A DNA stretch of 64,000 nt from Scyliorhinus canicula (lineage: Eukaryota): the NCBI RefSeq assembly GCF_902713615.1, contig NC_052162.1, positions 132,518,653-132,582,652 on the forward strand, read 5' to 3'. Position numbers and translations under genes: made by a program. The notes under the pieces are model-generated. The model was given only the letters and a program-made list of their open reading frames with translations, searched no databases and was not told the DNA's origin. Positions 25,175 through 37,830 of this stretch are shown here, in pieces (the stretch's first letter is position 1; each line of letters opens with the position of its first letter).

Positions 25175-25856
25175 GGCTGTTTAGCACAGGGCGAAATCGC
25201 TGGCTTTGAAAGCAGGCCAGCAGTACGGTTCAATTCCTGTACCAACCTCCCTGAACAGACGGCGGAATGTGGTGACTAGGGGCTTTTCACAGTAACTTCA
25301 TTTGAAGCCTCCTGGTGACAATAAGCAATCTTCATTTTCATTTTCATTCATTTGCCGTTATTCTGGGACAAGGAGACTAACGCACAGGGATTCTGACATT
25401 ATTCTGGGGGATTTACATGAAAGGACAGGGAATCTGACCTTATTCTGGGACATGGACACTAAAGGACAGGGAATCTGACCTTATTCTGGGACATGCACAT
25501 GAAAGGACAGGGAATCTGACCTTATTCTGGGACATGGACATGAAAGGAAAGGGAATCTGACCTTATTCTGGGACATGGACACTAAAGGACAGGGAATCTG
25601 ACCTTATTCTGGGACATGGACACTAAAGGACAGGGAATCTGACCTTATTCTGGGACATGGACACTAAAGGACAGGGAATCTGAGGCTGTTTAGCACAGGG
25701 CTAAATCGCTGGCTTTGAAAGCAGGCCAGCAGCACGGTTCAATTCCCGTACCAGCCTCCCCGAACAGGTGCCGGAATATGGCGACTAGGGGCTTTTCACA
25801 GTAACTTCATTTGAAGCCTACTTGTGACAATAAGCGATTTTCATTTTCATTCATTT
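25175..25856 (+). mobile_element. Two family B SINE copies (25175-25353, 25684-25856) with identical junctions; third copy at 31367-31544
   Basis: All follow GGAATCTGA, end in TTCATTCAT.T..CGTT.TTCTGGGA and share a 10-nt deletion (ACCAAGGCAG). Confidence 0.85.
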
Positions 25857-26479
25857 GACGTTATTCTGGGACAGGGAGACTAACGCACAGGGATTCTGAC
25901 ATTATTCTGTGGGATAGAGACGAAAGGACATAAACCTGACATTATTCTGGGAGATGGACACTAAATGTCTGGGAATCTGACCTTATTCTGGGACATGGAC
26001 ATGAAAGGACAGGGAATCTGACCTTATTCTGGGACATGGACACTAAAGGACAGGGAATCTGACCTTATTCTAGGACAGGGATTCTGACCTTATTCTGGGG
26101 GATTTACACAAAATTACAGGGAATTTGTCCCTATTCTGGGACATGGAGACTAACGCACAAGGATTTTGACATTATTCTGCGGGATGTAGATCAAAGGACA
26201 GGGAATCTGACCTTATTCTGGGAGATTTACGCTAAAGGACAGGGAATCTGACCTTATTTTGCGGGATGGACAGGACCGGCATGGAATCTTAGCTTATTCT
26301 GGGACATGGACACTGATGGACAGGAATCTGATCTGATTCTGGGGGTGGAGACTACAGGACAGTGAATTATTCCGGGGGATTTATACTAAAGGACACGAAA
26401 ACTGACATTATTCTGGGACATGGACATAAAAGGACAGGGAGTCTGGCCTTATTCTGGGAGGTTTTCACTCAACGACAGT

Positions 26480-27758
26480 GGGCGTGATTCTCCCAACGGG
26501 AGACTAAGGGCGCGATTCTCCGCAAATGCGGAGAGTCGTAAAGGCTGCCGTGAAACTGGCCGTGTTTCACGGCAGCCTCCGCGCCCCCTCCTGCGACCTG
26601 ATTCTCCCCCCCCGGTCGGGGCTAGCAGCCCGGCCCCGCGAAGCACGGCATCGCAGGCTTAGCGACCGTCGCTAAGCCCGCGCGCCAAGTGTCACGGCGG
26701 CTGACGCGCACGATGACGTCAGCCGCGCATGCGCGGATTGGACGGCTCCAACCCGCGCATGCACAGATAACGTCATCACGCATATGCGTCAAACCCGCGC
26801 ATGCGCGGGCCGTCATGCCCCTCAGCCGTCCCGCGGACTGATCCTGCGGGGCGGCGGAGGAACGGCGGAGAGTGCGCGGGTTTCGGACCCGCTGCCCGCG
26901 ATCGGTGGCCACTTTGCGGCCATTTTCACGAACGGTGAGAGCAGGTGTGTTTGCGTTCGTGAAAACGGCCGTAAAGGCCTGGGAACTCGGCCCATCGGCT
27001 AGGGGAGAATCGCTGTTCACCGTAAAAAAAACGGCGAGCAGAGATTCGTGTCGTGGGGCGGCCGTGGGGCGGGGGGGGGGGGGAGAATAGCGGGAGGTCA
27101 GGAAGGCCCTCCCGCTATTCTCCGACCCGCCGTGGGACAGTGGAGAATCGCGCCCTAAGTGCCGACGCCGCTGTGAAATCCGGAGTGTTTCACTCCGGTG
27201 TCGAAGGCTGCTCCTCGCCCCCTATTCTCCCACCCGCGGGGGGCTAGGAGCGGCGCCGCGTCATTTACGCGCGCCGGGTGGCGCCTCGTAAAAGACGCGG
27301 CGCCGTTACCCACGCATGCGCAGGTTGCCGTCTTTCCTGCGGGTGCCCTGCAAGAAATGTCGGAGTGATCTTGCGGGGCGGCGGAGGAAAGGAGTGCGTC
27401 TTTCAGAGAGGCCCCTTTTGAGTGCCCCCTTCCCCGGCGCTCGATCCCCCCCCCCCCCCCCCCCCCACAGGCCGCCCCCGCAGTGCTCCTGCACTGTTCA
27501 CGCCGGCAGCGACCAGATGTGGTCGGCGCCGGCAGGAACACATCGTATTGGGCAGGTCGCTTGGCCTATCCGCCGGAGAATCGCCGCTCGCCCTGTTACA
27601 AATGGCGAGCCGCGATTCTCCCAGCGGGCAGCCGTAAATCTCGGTGAGCCGGTTAGGAGGGGTGGGAGAATCGCGTGCGGATGCCGGGGCGGCGTGGCGG
27701 GACTCCCCCGGCGGCCCCGCAAATTCTCCCACCCCCGTGAGGGGGGAGAATTACGCCC
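26480..27758. mobile_element. Nested MITEs: outer element 26480-27758 interrupted by inner element 26508-27155
   Basis: Inner GGGCGCGATTCTCC / GGAGAATCGCGCCC with TSD TAA. Outer GGGCGTGATTCTCC / GGAGAATTACGCCC with TSD AGT/AGG, inserted in a unit of the 41-bp array. Confidence 0.9.
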
Positions 27759-30700
27759 AGGGAATCTGACATTATTCTGGGAAATGGACACTAAAGGACA
27801 GGGAATTTGACCTTATTCTGTGACATCGACACTAAATGACAGGGAATCTGACCTGAATCTGGGGATATACACTAAAGGACAGGGAATCTGCCCTCATTCT
27901 GGGGGTGGAAACTGCAGGACAGGGAATTATTCTGGGGGATTTACACGGAAGGACACGAAAACTGACATTATTCTGGGGCATGGACATAAAAGGACAAGAA
28001 ATCTGACCTTATTCTGGGACGTTTTCACTAAGGGACAGGGAATCTGACCTTATTCTGGGACATTTTCACTAAAGGACAGGGAATCTGACCTTATTCTGGG
28101 AGGTTTTCACTAAAGGACAGGGAATCTGACCTTATTTTGGGACGTTTTCACGAAAGAACATGGAATCTGACCTTATTCTGGGACGTTTTCACTAAGGGAC
28201 AGGGAATCTGACCTTATTCTGGGACATTTTCACTAAAGGACAGGGAATCTGACCTTATTCTGGGAGGTTTTCACTAAAGGACAGGGAATCTGACCTTATT
28301 CTGGGACGTTTTCACTAAAGAACAGGGAATCTGACCTTATTCTGGGACATTTTCCCAAAAGGACAGGGAATCTGACATCATTCTGGGACGTTCTCACTAA
28401 AGGACAGGGAATCTGACCTTATTCTGGGAGGTTTTCACTAAAGGACAGGGAATCTGACCTTGTTCTGGGGGATTTACACTAAAGGACTGGAAATCTGACA
28501 TTATACTGGAGGATAAACGCGAAAGAACAGGGAAACTGGCCTTATTATGGGGATATACAGTAAAGGACAGGGAATCTGACCTTATTCTGGGTGATCCGAC
28601 CCTAAAGGACAGGGAATCTGACCTTATTCTGCGGGATGGAGACTAAAGGACAGGGAATCTGACATTCTGGGACATGGACACTAAAGGACAGGGAATCTGA
28701 CCTTATTCTGCGGGATGGAGACTAAAGGACAGGGAATCTGACATTCTGGGACATGGACACTGAAGGACAAGGAATCTGACATTATTCTGTGGGATGTCGA
28801 TGAAAGGACAGGAAATCTGATGTTATTCTGGGAAGTATACACTAAAGGACAGGAATCTGACCATATTCTGGGACATGGACACTAATGGACTGGGAATCTG
28901 AAGTTATTGTGGGACATGGACACTAAAGGACAGGGAATCTGACCTTATTCTGTGGGATTTGGACCAAAGGACAAGGAATCTGACCTTATTCTGGGAGGTT
29001 CTCACTCAAGGACAGGCAATCTGGCATTATTCTGGGAAATGGACACTAAAGGACAGGGAATCTGACCATATTCAGGGACAGAGACACTAAAGGACAGGGA
29101 ATCTGACATTATTGTGGGACAAGGACGTTAAAGGACAGAGAATCTGACCTTATTCTGTGGGTTTGCACCAAAGGACAGGGAATCTGACCTTATTCTGGGA
29201 CTTGGACATTAAACAACGGGAAATCTGATCACATTCTGGGAGATGGACAATAAAGAACAGGGAATCTGACCTTATTCTGCGGGAGGGAGATGAAAGGACA
29301 GGAATCTGACCTTATTCTGGGGGATGGACATTAAAGGACAGTGAATCTGACGTAATTCTGAGACATGGACACTAACGCACAGGGATTCTGACATTATTCT
29401 GCAGGACGGAGACGAAAGGACAGGAATCTTATTCTGGGGGATGGACATTAAAGGACAGGGAATCTGACGTTATTCTGGGACTTGGACACTAAAGGACAAG
29501 GAATCTGACATTATTCTGCGGGATGGAGATGAAAGGACAGGAAATCTGATGTTATTCTGGGAAGTGGACACAAAAGGACAGGGAATCTGACCATATTCTG
29601 GGACATGGACACTAATGGACTGGGAATCTGACATTATTGTGGGACATGGACACTAAAGGACAGGGAATCTGACCTTATTCTGCGGGATGGACACAAAATC
29701 ACTGCGAATCTGACCTTATTTTGGGGGATGGACACGAAAGGACAGGGAATCTGATCTTATTCTCGGACATGGACACTAAATGACAGGGAATCTGACCTGA
29801 ATCTGGGGGTGGAAACTGCAGGACAGGGAATTATTCTGGGGGATTTACACTGAAGGACACGGAAACTGACATTATTCTGGGGCATGGACATAAAAGGACA
29901 AGAAATCTGACCTTATTCTGGGAGGTTTTCACTAAAGGACAGGGAATCTGACCTTATTCTGGGAGGTTTTCACTAAAGGACAGGGAATCTGACATTATTC
30001 TGGGAAATGGACACTAAAGGGCAGGGAATCTGCATTATTCTGCGGGATGAAGGCTAAACGACAGGGAATCTGACGTTATTCTGGCAAATGGACACTCAAG
30101 GACAGGGAATCTGACGTTATTCTGGGACATGGAGACTAAAGGACAGGGAAACTAGCAAAATTCTGGGTGATGGACACTAAAGGACAGGGAATCTGAACTT
30201 ATTCTGGGACATGGACACTGAAGGACAGGGAATCTGACCTTATTCTGGGACATGGACACTAAAGGTCAGGAAATCTGACTTTATTCTGGGAGATGGACAT
30301 TGACAGGAATCTGATGTTATTCTGGGACATGGACACTAACGCACATGAATTCTGACATTATTCTGCGGGATGTAGACGAGAGGGCAGGGAATCTGACCTT
30401 ATTCTGCGACATAGAAACTAAAGGGCAGGGAATCTGACCTTATTCTGGGACATGGACACTAATGCACAGGGAATCTGACATTATTCTGGGACATAGAAAC
30501 TAAAGGGCAGGGAATCTGACCTTATTCTGCGGGAAGGACACAAAAAGGACAGGGAATCTGACCTTATTCTGGGGGATTTGCACGAAAGGACAGGGAATCT
30601 GACCTTATTCTGGGGGATTTACACGAAAGGATTAGGAATCTGACCTTATTCTGGGGGATTTACAGGAAAAGGACAGGGAATCTGACCTTATTCTGGGAAA

Positions 30701-32649
30701 TGGACACTACACGACAGGGAATCTGACATTATTCTGGGACATGGACACTAAATGACAGGGAATCTGACCTAATTCTGGGGGTGGAGACTACAGGACAGGG
30801 AATTATTCTGGGGGATAACCTGATGGACACGAAAACTGACATTATTCTGGGACGTTTTCACTTAGGGACAGGGAATCTGACCTTATTCTGGGAGGTTTTC
30901 ACTAAAGGACATGGAATCTGACATTATTCTGGGAAATGGACACTAAAGGGCAGGGAATCTGCTTTATTCTGCAGGATGAAGGCTAAACGACAGGGAATCT
31001 GAGCTTATTCTGGGGAATTTACACAGGACAGGAAATCTGACATTATCCTGGAGGACAAACGCGAAAGGACAGGGAGACTGGCATTATTCTGGGGATGTAC
31101 TGTAACGGACAGGGAATCTGACATTATTCTGTGACATGGACACTAAAGGACAGGGAATCTGACCATATTCTGGGACGTGGACACTAAAGGACTGGGAATC
31201 TGACATTATTGTGGGACATGGTCGCTAAAGGACAGGGAATCTGACCATATTCTGGGACTTGGACACCAAAGGACAAGAAATCTGACCTTATTCTGGGAGA
31301 CGGACAGTAAAGTACAGGGAATCTGACATTATTCTTGACATGGACACGAAAGGACACGGAATCTGAGGCTGTTGCGCACAGGGCGCGATCGCTGGCTTTG
31401 AAAGCAGGCCAGCAGCACGGTTCAATTCCTGTACCAGCCTCCCTGAACAGGCGCCGGAATGTGGCGACTAAGGGCTTTTCACAGTAACTTCATTTGAAGC
31501 CTACTTGTGACAGTAAGTGATTTTCATTTTCATTTTCATTCATCTAACGTTGTTCTGGGAGATGGACACTAAAGGACAGGAAATCTGACCTTATTCTCGG
31601 ACAAGGACAATAAAGGACAGGAAATCTGACCTTATTCTCGGACAAGGACAATAAAGGACAGGAAATCTGACCTTATTCTCGGACAAGGACACTGAAGGAC
31701 AGGGAATCTGGCCATATTCTGGGGCCTGGACACTAAACAACATCGAACCTGACCTTATTCTGGGAGATGGAAACTTAAGCACAGGGAATCTTACCACAGT
31801 GGGCTAAACGGCTGGCTTGTATCGCAGAACAAGGCCAGCAGCACGGTTCGAATCCTGTACCAGCCTCCCTGAACAGACGCTGGAATGTGGCGACTAGGGG
31901 CTTTTCACAATAATTTCTTTGAAACCTACTTGTGACAATAAGCTGTTATTATTATTCTGGAAAATGGACACACAAGGAGAGGAATCTGACCTTATTCTCA
32001 AACATGGACACTAAAGGACAGGAATCTGGGGCCGGATTGGGGGGGCCTACTTCTTCGGTGCCAGCCCTCTGCGTGGTCCGCCATGTTGCGTGGGACCAGC
32101 GCCACAGGCGGCCGCTGCGCGCCTGTGCGGACCCCCGGCCGGACGTGCAGGGCCCCTTATCGGTAGACGGAGCTGCGTGGAGCACTCCAAGGCCCTGCCA
32201 GCCCACTTAAAAACTGAGAATCACTTTCAAGAAAAACATCCGGAGTGATTCGCGCCCGTTTTCTCGCGGGTGTGGGTACATAGCCCCATTATTGGAGAAT
32301 CCCACCCGACCATGTGTAATCCCCGCCAACGTGATTCCCGGTACTGGGCTCCGGAGAATCATGGAGGGCCAGAGAATAGAGTGCTGGGCCTGCTAAGGTC
32401 ATTTACATCCTCCCGCTGGCACGCCATCGTGAACCTCCATCCCGCCACCAGTGCGGTGTTGGAGCATCGCGTTTGTATCGGCGCCGGGCGATTCTCTGAC
32501 ACATCGGGGACCCCGACACCAGGGGCAGGAGACAGAGAATCCCCCCCCCCTTAGAGCCGGATAATAAGATGCGGCAATGTGTTGGAGATAAACCCTGGCT
32601 TTATAGTCTGTGTATGTTGTTGTTCATTCGATAGTTAAAGTCTGGTTAC

Positions 32650-32792
32650 CTTGACAACAGTAACAAAGGTGCTGTAGAGGAAACTCAGAATAAACAGAAT
32701 GGCAAAGGCAGCGACTGTCACCGCGTTGTCATCTCCTTCCAAATCTCCCATCTCTTCCTTTCCTTCCTCTCCTCCCACATCCTGAGGTTTTT
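32650..32792 (-). CDS. IgW: IgW TM1 exon (acidic spacer plus transmembrane helix)
   Basis: Acceptor ctttgtttcag|AA (phase 1), donor AAG|GTAACC. KPQDVGGEEGKEEMGDLEGDDNAVTVAAFAILFILSFLYSTFVTVVK, with the Ig CART-like LF..S..YST..T..K motif. Confidence 0.93.
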
Positions 32793-32929
32793 CTGAAACA
32801 AAGAGAAAGTTGAATTTAAATCCAGGTCCAGAACATCTTCATCGTTTGAAGATAATACAGTGAAGGAGGAGATCACACTGGAGGATCAGTGGGAGCAGTG
32901 AATCATTAGAAAGTCTTCCTCTCCTTCTC

Positions 32930-33112
32930 CAGCTGGTTTAGCTCACTGGGCTAAATCGCTGGCTTTTAAAGCAGACCAAGGCAGGCCAGCAGCATGGTTC
33001 GATTCCCGTACCAGCCTCCCCGGACAGGCGCCGGAATGTGGTGACTAGGGGCTTTTCACAGTAACTTCATTGAAGCCTACTCGTGACAATAAGCGATTTT
33101 CATTTTCATTTT
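32930..33112 (+). mobile_element. Short SINE family B (other copies at 12228-12415 -, 17095-17255 -, 31795-31945 +, 36925-37102 -, 54610-54785 -)
   Basis: GCTGGTTTAGC.CA..GGGCTAA...GGTTC.ATTCCCGTACCAGCCTCCCC.GACAGGCGCCGGAATGTGG.GACTAGGGGCTTTTCACAG...(TTTCA)n tail. Confidence 0.85.
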
Positions 33113-34476
33113 CAGCTCTCCCTCTCTCTCTGGTTCTGGCTCCCTCTTTGTCTTTCTCCCTCTCGCACTGCCTTCCCTTTATCACTCAGAGATTCTGTTC
33201 TCTTTCTGTTTTACCTCTCCCACTTTCTCTCTTTCTTTGTCACACTCTCTTTGACTCCTTGTCTCCAGTAACACCCTTGACTGGCAAACAAATTCATTGA
33301 TTGTAAAGCACTCGGAGATTATCCCCATCGCCAGAATGAGATTCTTTATAACTTCAAATATTTCTTTCTTTTTGATTCTCTGCTTCGATATAATATCTCA
33401 GTCAACCTAATATTTTCTGAGGCATTGTTAAATGAACTTGTGTTGTTACTGGGTACAACAATGACGTCATCTGCTCAATGACACAAATTCTTGTGACTGG
33501 TGGTGTGAGAGAGTGAGAGACCAAATGGGATCTGAAAACCTGCAATTCATGGAAGTCTGTGACGTGGTTTCGTGGATCTTCTGGGTCAGAAGATTGTGGG
33601 TTCAAGTTTCACTCCAGAAACTTAAGTGCGTGATTCAGGTCGACACTGCGATGCAGGACTGAGAAAGTGCTGCAGTGTAGGAGGTGCCGCCTTCGAACGA
33701 GACGTTAAACGATGGCCCTCAGGCTGATGTTAATTTGTAAATGATCCCACAGCACTAGTGGAAGAAGAGCAGGGAGTTCTCTGCAGTGTTCTGAACCAGC
33801 CAACATTTATCTTTCAGCCAAAACACCGGAAACCAGGTGATCTGGTCATTCTCACAGTTCTTACTGTGGGAACTTCGTGTGTGCAAATTGAAATTGGTCA
33901 ACTGAGAAAGACCAAACCATCCTGATATTAGTATGACACAATGATGATGGAATTGTGGATCAATCATAGCAATCAGTCTCTTATTAATTAGCCTACAATA
34001 ATCCCAGACACGAGGCGAGGAACCCCCAATGGGGGGAGATTTGGAAAGTGCAGGGCCAAAGACTCTGTTGGTCACCAGCATGTTACACTCACCACACCTC
34101 ATGTCCAAGTTACTCATTTACTGTCTCCCAAAACACACCAACAATCAACACTCAAAACTGAAATCATTTCACATCAGGTTTATTGAAATTAGATCAGGAC
34201 ATTGACATTTTGCCACATACAATTAACCCTTCGTGGGGTTTCGCACAGGTTTCACACTTGATCAAATGCAACACAAAAATATTTCAAAAGGAACTCAGGA
34301 CCTTCAGACATTTGGAGTAAAGGGATGTTCGTTGTCTGATTTGATCACTGAATATAGTTTTTTCACAATTGTGGAGCAAGGTCAGATTTTGTTCATGTTT
34401 TGAATGATCTGCCACCAGAAGAGAGATTTTACAGAGATCACAACAATCCTCTGGTTGCGTTAACCATCCATTTACA

Positions 34477-34482
34477 TTTATT
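34477..34482 (-). terminator. Candidate polyadenylation signal for long secreted IgW (alternative AATAAA at 34179-34184)
   Basis: AATAAA on the minus strand 30 nt after the CH6 stop. Which signal is used cannot be told from sequence. Confidence 0.5.
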
Positions 34483-34511
34483 ATATAAATGGGTGATTGA
34501 ATGGCCAGATG

Positions 34512-34894
34512 TTATGAACAGGATTTAAAGCTGTCAGTTAGGACAAGTGACACATTGACCAGGGTGGGTTTGCTGTGAGATTTATTAATGCTCCTGAACA
34601 GATTTGTTGTGGCTGACTCGTGTCCCACCACACAGGAGTAAGTGGTGCCTCTGTTCCACTCGTCTGCAGAGACTGTCAACTGACTGCCCGAGTTCCAGCC
34701 GCTGCTGCCATCCTCAGTCACCGGCTGGTTCACGAATCCCGACTTCAGAAGGGTGTCGTTGGCCATCCAGGCCAGGTAGATCTCTGCGGGGGAGAATCCG
34801 GTGACCAGGCAAACCAGGGTGGCAGTCTGATCCGTCTCCATCTCATCCGGCGAAGGGGGAAGGAGGTAGACTTGAGGGTGAGTCTTAACCTCAA
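34512..34894 (-). CDS. IgW: IgW CH6 exon with canonical secretory tailpiece
   Basis: Acceptor ctgtttccag|TT. EVKTHPQVYLLPP...LVCLVTGFSPAEIYLAW...YSCVVGHE, then tail SKPTLVNVSLVLTDSFKSCS* with an NVS sequon and penultimate Cys. Confidence 0.96.
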
Positions 34895-36002
34895 CTGGAA
34901 ACAGAGACAACATAGGTTAGACTGAATCTTTCTCTCATCCTGTATTTACCCGACATGTTCACTTACACAAACCTGGACAACTTCTACATCCCCAGGGACT
35001 GCTCCCATATCAGAAACTAAAGACAATTCTCTTTCTGGTCATTGTTGGGGCCGGGGTCCGAGAGGCAGGATCATTGATCTGACTGATTTTATCACTGCCA
35101 CTGAGGATAACCTGTTCAGTTTAAACATCGGCAGACAATGAACAACTGGCAATCTGCAGAAAGAGTGTCTGAATGGTGATTGGGGCTGGGCTGATCTTCA
35201 AATGATCAAATTCATCAAAGTGCTTAAATTCATGAGGGATTTTAATGGAATAAATCAGGAGAGACTGTTTCCAGTGGCAGGAGATTGAGTAAGCAGAGCA
35301 CAGACATTTTAGAGAATTGGTTAATGAACCTGAGGGAAGGTGGGATTTTTATTGCTGAGTGAGTTATGATGATCTGGAATGCACAGTCTGAAAGAGGGTG
35401 GTGGACTCAGATTTTAAATAGTAACTTTCACAAGGGAATTGGACCTATTCTCTGTCAGAAGGAAATTGTAAGCCTATTGGAAAAGGGCAGATTGGGTGTG
35501 AGATCAATCGAATAGCTCTTGCAAAGAGCTAGCACAGGCTCGATGGACCAAATGGCTGCCTTCTATACAAGAACCAGAGATCCACTTCCAGACCCTTCTT
35601 ACTGTTGTCAAGAGGGAGGCTTCAGGGATTCATCTGGTCATGTGGTGTCTGCTCCATCTCCCTTTCCTTGGAATGGATTTTGTCATCTTAGCCTATACCT
35701 CAGACCAACAGTTTCCCTCATCTCTTCAATGGCTGACCTGACTCAGCCTCTTTGTCAATTTGTGAAAGCTGCTCATTCTTCTCTGTATATGTCCCATCCC
35801 TGTTCACCCATCCCACAGGCACCCGTGTGAGTTGGAGTGAGGTCTTTGTGGTGATTCGAGGTTTTATTTGATCTGTTTCTAGCAGGTTTTGCCCAATGGA
35901 TCCTTTAACACAATCTGCCACCCCGTGCTAGATATTTACCACTAGATGGTAGCAAATCACTTCATTTGCGAAGATCAGAGCTGCAGTTCCACCCACACGT
36001 AC

Positions 36003-36323
36003 CTTGGGCTTTCCTGATTGATCTCTTCTCCGGCGTTGGCAAACTCTTGTCCTCCACCAAACACAAATACTCTACCCCACTCTCCCACTCTGCGGCAGGG
36101 ACTGTCAGTCTGCTGAAGATCATGTCTTTGTCTCCATCCCTCTTTGGACCCTGAGTCTTCACTCCATCTTCTCTCTTAATTCCATCCACCAACCAGGTTA
36201 CCCTGACTCCTTCTAAATCACCGTGAAGTATCTCACAGAGAATAGTCGCCATCCTGTTCCTCCAGATCTCTTCGAAAGGAGGCTTCCTTAAAGTGACTGA
36301 GATCCCAGTGTCCACACATTCAT
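36003..36323 (-). CDS. IgW: IgW CH5 exon
   Basis: Acceptor ttttctcccag|AT, donor G|GTACGT. ECVDTGISVTLRKPPFEEIW...ILCEI...VTW...YLCLVE...IRKAQ. Confidence 0.94.
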
Positions 36324-37422
36324 CTGGGAGAAAAATTACAATTATTATTCAACCATTCCCCAATGGGATGTGGACATCGCTGGCAAGGTTGGCATTTCAT
36401 GCACATCACCACATGTGCAATAGTGGCTTGCTCAGCTCTTTCAGAGGAGAGTTATGAGTCAACCACATGGGGTTGTGCCTGGAGCCACATCTGGGACAGA
36501 CAGGGTAAGGACAGCAGGTAGCCTTCCCGAAAGGAACATTGACAAACTATTTGGGTTTTTACCACAATCTAACAGCTTCTGATTCACAGATTTGAACGTT
36601 TAATTCCTCAATGTTTCCTTTCTAAAACTGAATTCAAATTCCCAAGCTGTCATCGATTTGAACTCAGTTCTCTGGATTATTGACCATACGTGTCCTCCGC
36701 ATATGAAGGTTGTATGTTCAAGCCCCACTACAGATACTTGAGTACATAATCAAGAATGGCAAACCAGTACTGAGGGAGCTCTGCACTGTGTTGAGTGCCG
36801 TCTTTCAGGAAGAGACATGAGACCAAGGCCCTTTCTCGGGTTGAACAAACCGATACCATTGTCAGGAATTTGAAAAAGGGAAAGGGTAGAGAGGACAATG
36901 TTTAACAGATTATCTGATAATAATAATAATAATATAAGATCACTTATTGTCACAAGTCGGCTTCAATGAAGTTACTGTGAAAAGCCCCTAGTCGCCACAT
37001 TCCGGCGCCTGTTTGGGGAGGCTGGTACAGGAATTGAACCCGCACTGCTGCCATGTTCTGCATTACAAGCCAGTTGTTTAGCCCACTGTGCTAAACCAGC
37101 CCCAATATGATCATCATATTGCTGTGTGTGAGACATTGCTGCACACAAATTAGTCAACACTGTCGTTACATTGAAACACTGACTGCACCTCATGGAAAGG
37201 ACTGTTTTGGTTGCAAAACATTTTGGGACATTCTGAGGATGTGAAAGGGGGACATTAATGCAATTGTATCTTTCTTTGTCCAAGCCTCTGGATTACTGAT
37301 CCACTCAAACACCCACTGCATAAACACATGCACACTGTTGGTGTTGTACTTTCTGACCCTCGTAGAGTTTATAGCCTTCGGGATCAGCAATGTCAATATT
37401 GGAGCTAGGCCCAGGATCATAC

Positions 37423-37740
37423 CTTGGACATTCCTCACTGTCCCATTGGTGCTGAAGTGGGAGGCTGGATGAGACACAGCACAGATGAAGGTCGAGCCTT
37501 TCTTCCACTCCTCTGTACTCACAGTCAGGTAGTGCCTGACACTGAATGTCCCAGCCTGCTCCAGATCAGTGAGTCCAGCACGGGCCTTGGAGGAGATCAG
37601 ATCGCCATCTTTCTCCCAAGTGACATTTATGAGGTCCGGGTAGAATCCAGTGATCACACATTCGAGTGTGGCTGTGTTCTTCATCTTCATCTCCTCACTT
37701 GTTGGAGGCAGCAGTCTGACCCTGGGACCTTTTGGCACAA
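37423..37740 (-). CDS. IgW: IgW CH4 exon
   Basis: Acceptor tctgttccag|TT, donor G|GTATGA, 90-nt intron from CH3. VPKGPRVRLLPP...LECVITGFYPDLINVTW...FICAVSH...VRNVQ. Confidence 0.95.
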
Positions 37741-37830
37741 CTGGAACAGATGGGTAAACAAAGGAAGTGTTAGTCCTTTTTCCCTCAAGTTTAACAGATT
37801 CAGGTCATTAATGTCCCACCTCCTGCCCAC

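Larger units (their letters stand above)
23990..32030. repeat. About 8-kb minisatellite, 41-bp consensus GGACACTAAAGGACAGGGAATCTGACCTTATTCTGGGACAT, filling the TM1-TM2 intron
   Basis: Period 41 read directly at 25561-25680. Variant sub-arrays at 23990-24460 (about 39 bp) and 28020-28450. Confidence 0.95.

Noticed and set aside
23990-32030. CRISPR-like appearance of the 41-bp array (also the 22, 25, 48 and 69 bp arrays)
   Set aside because: Units are head-to-tail with no unique spacers, there are no cas genes, and the context is vertebrate.
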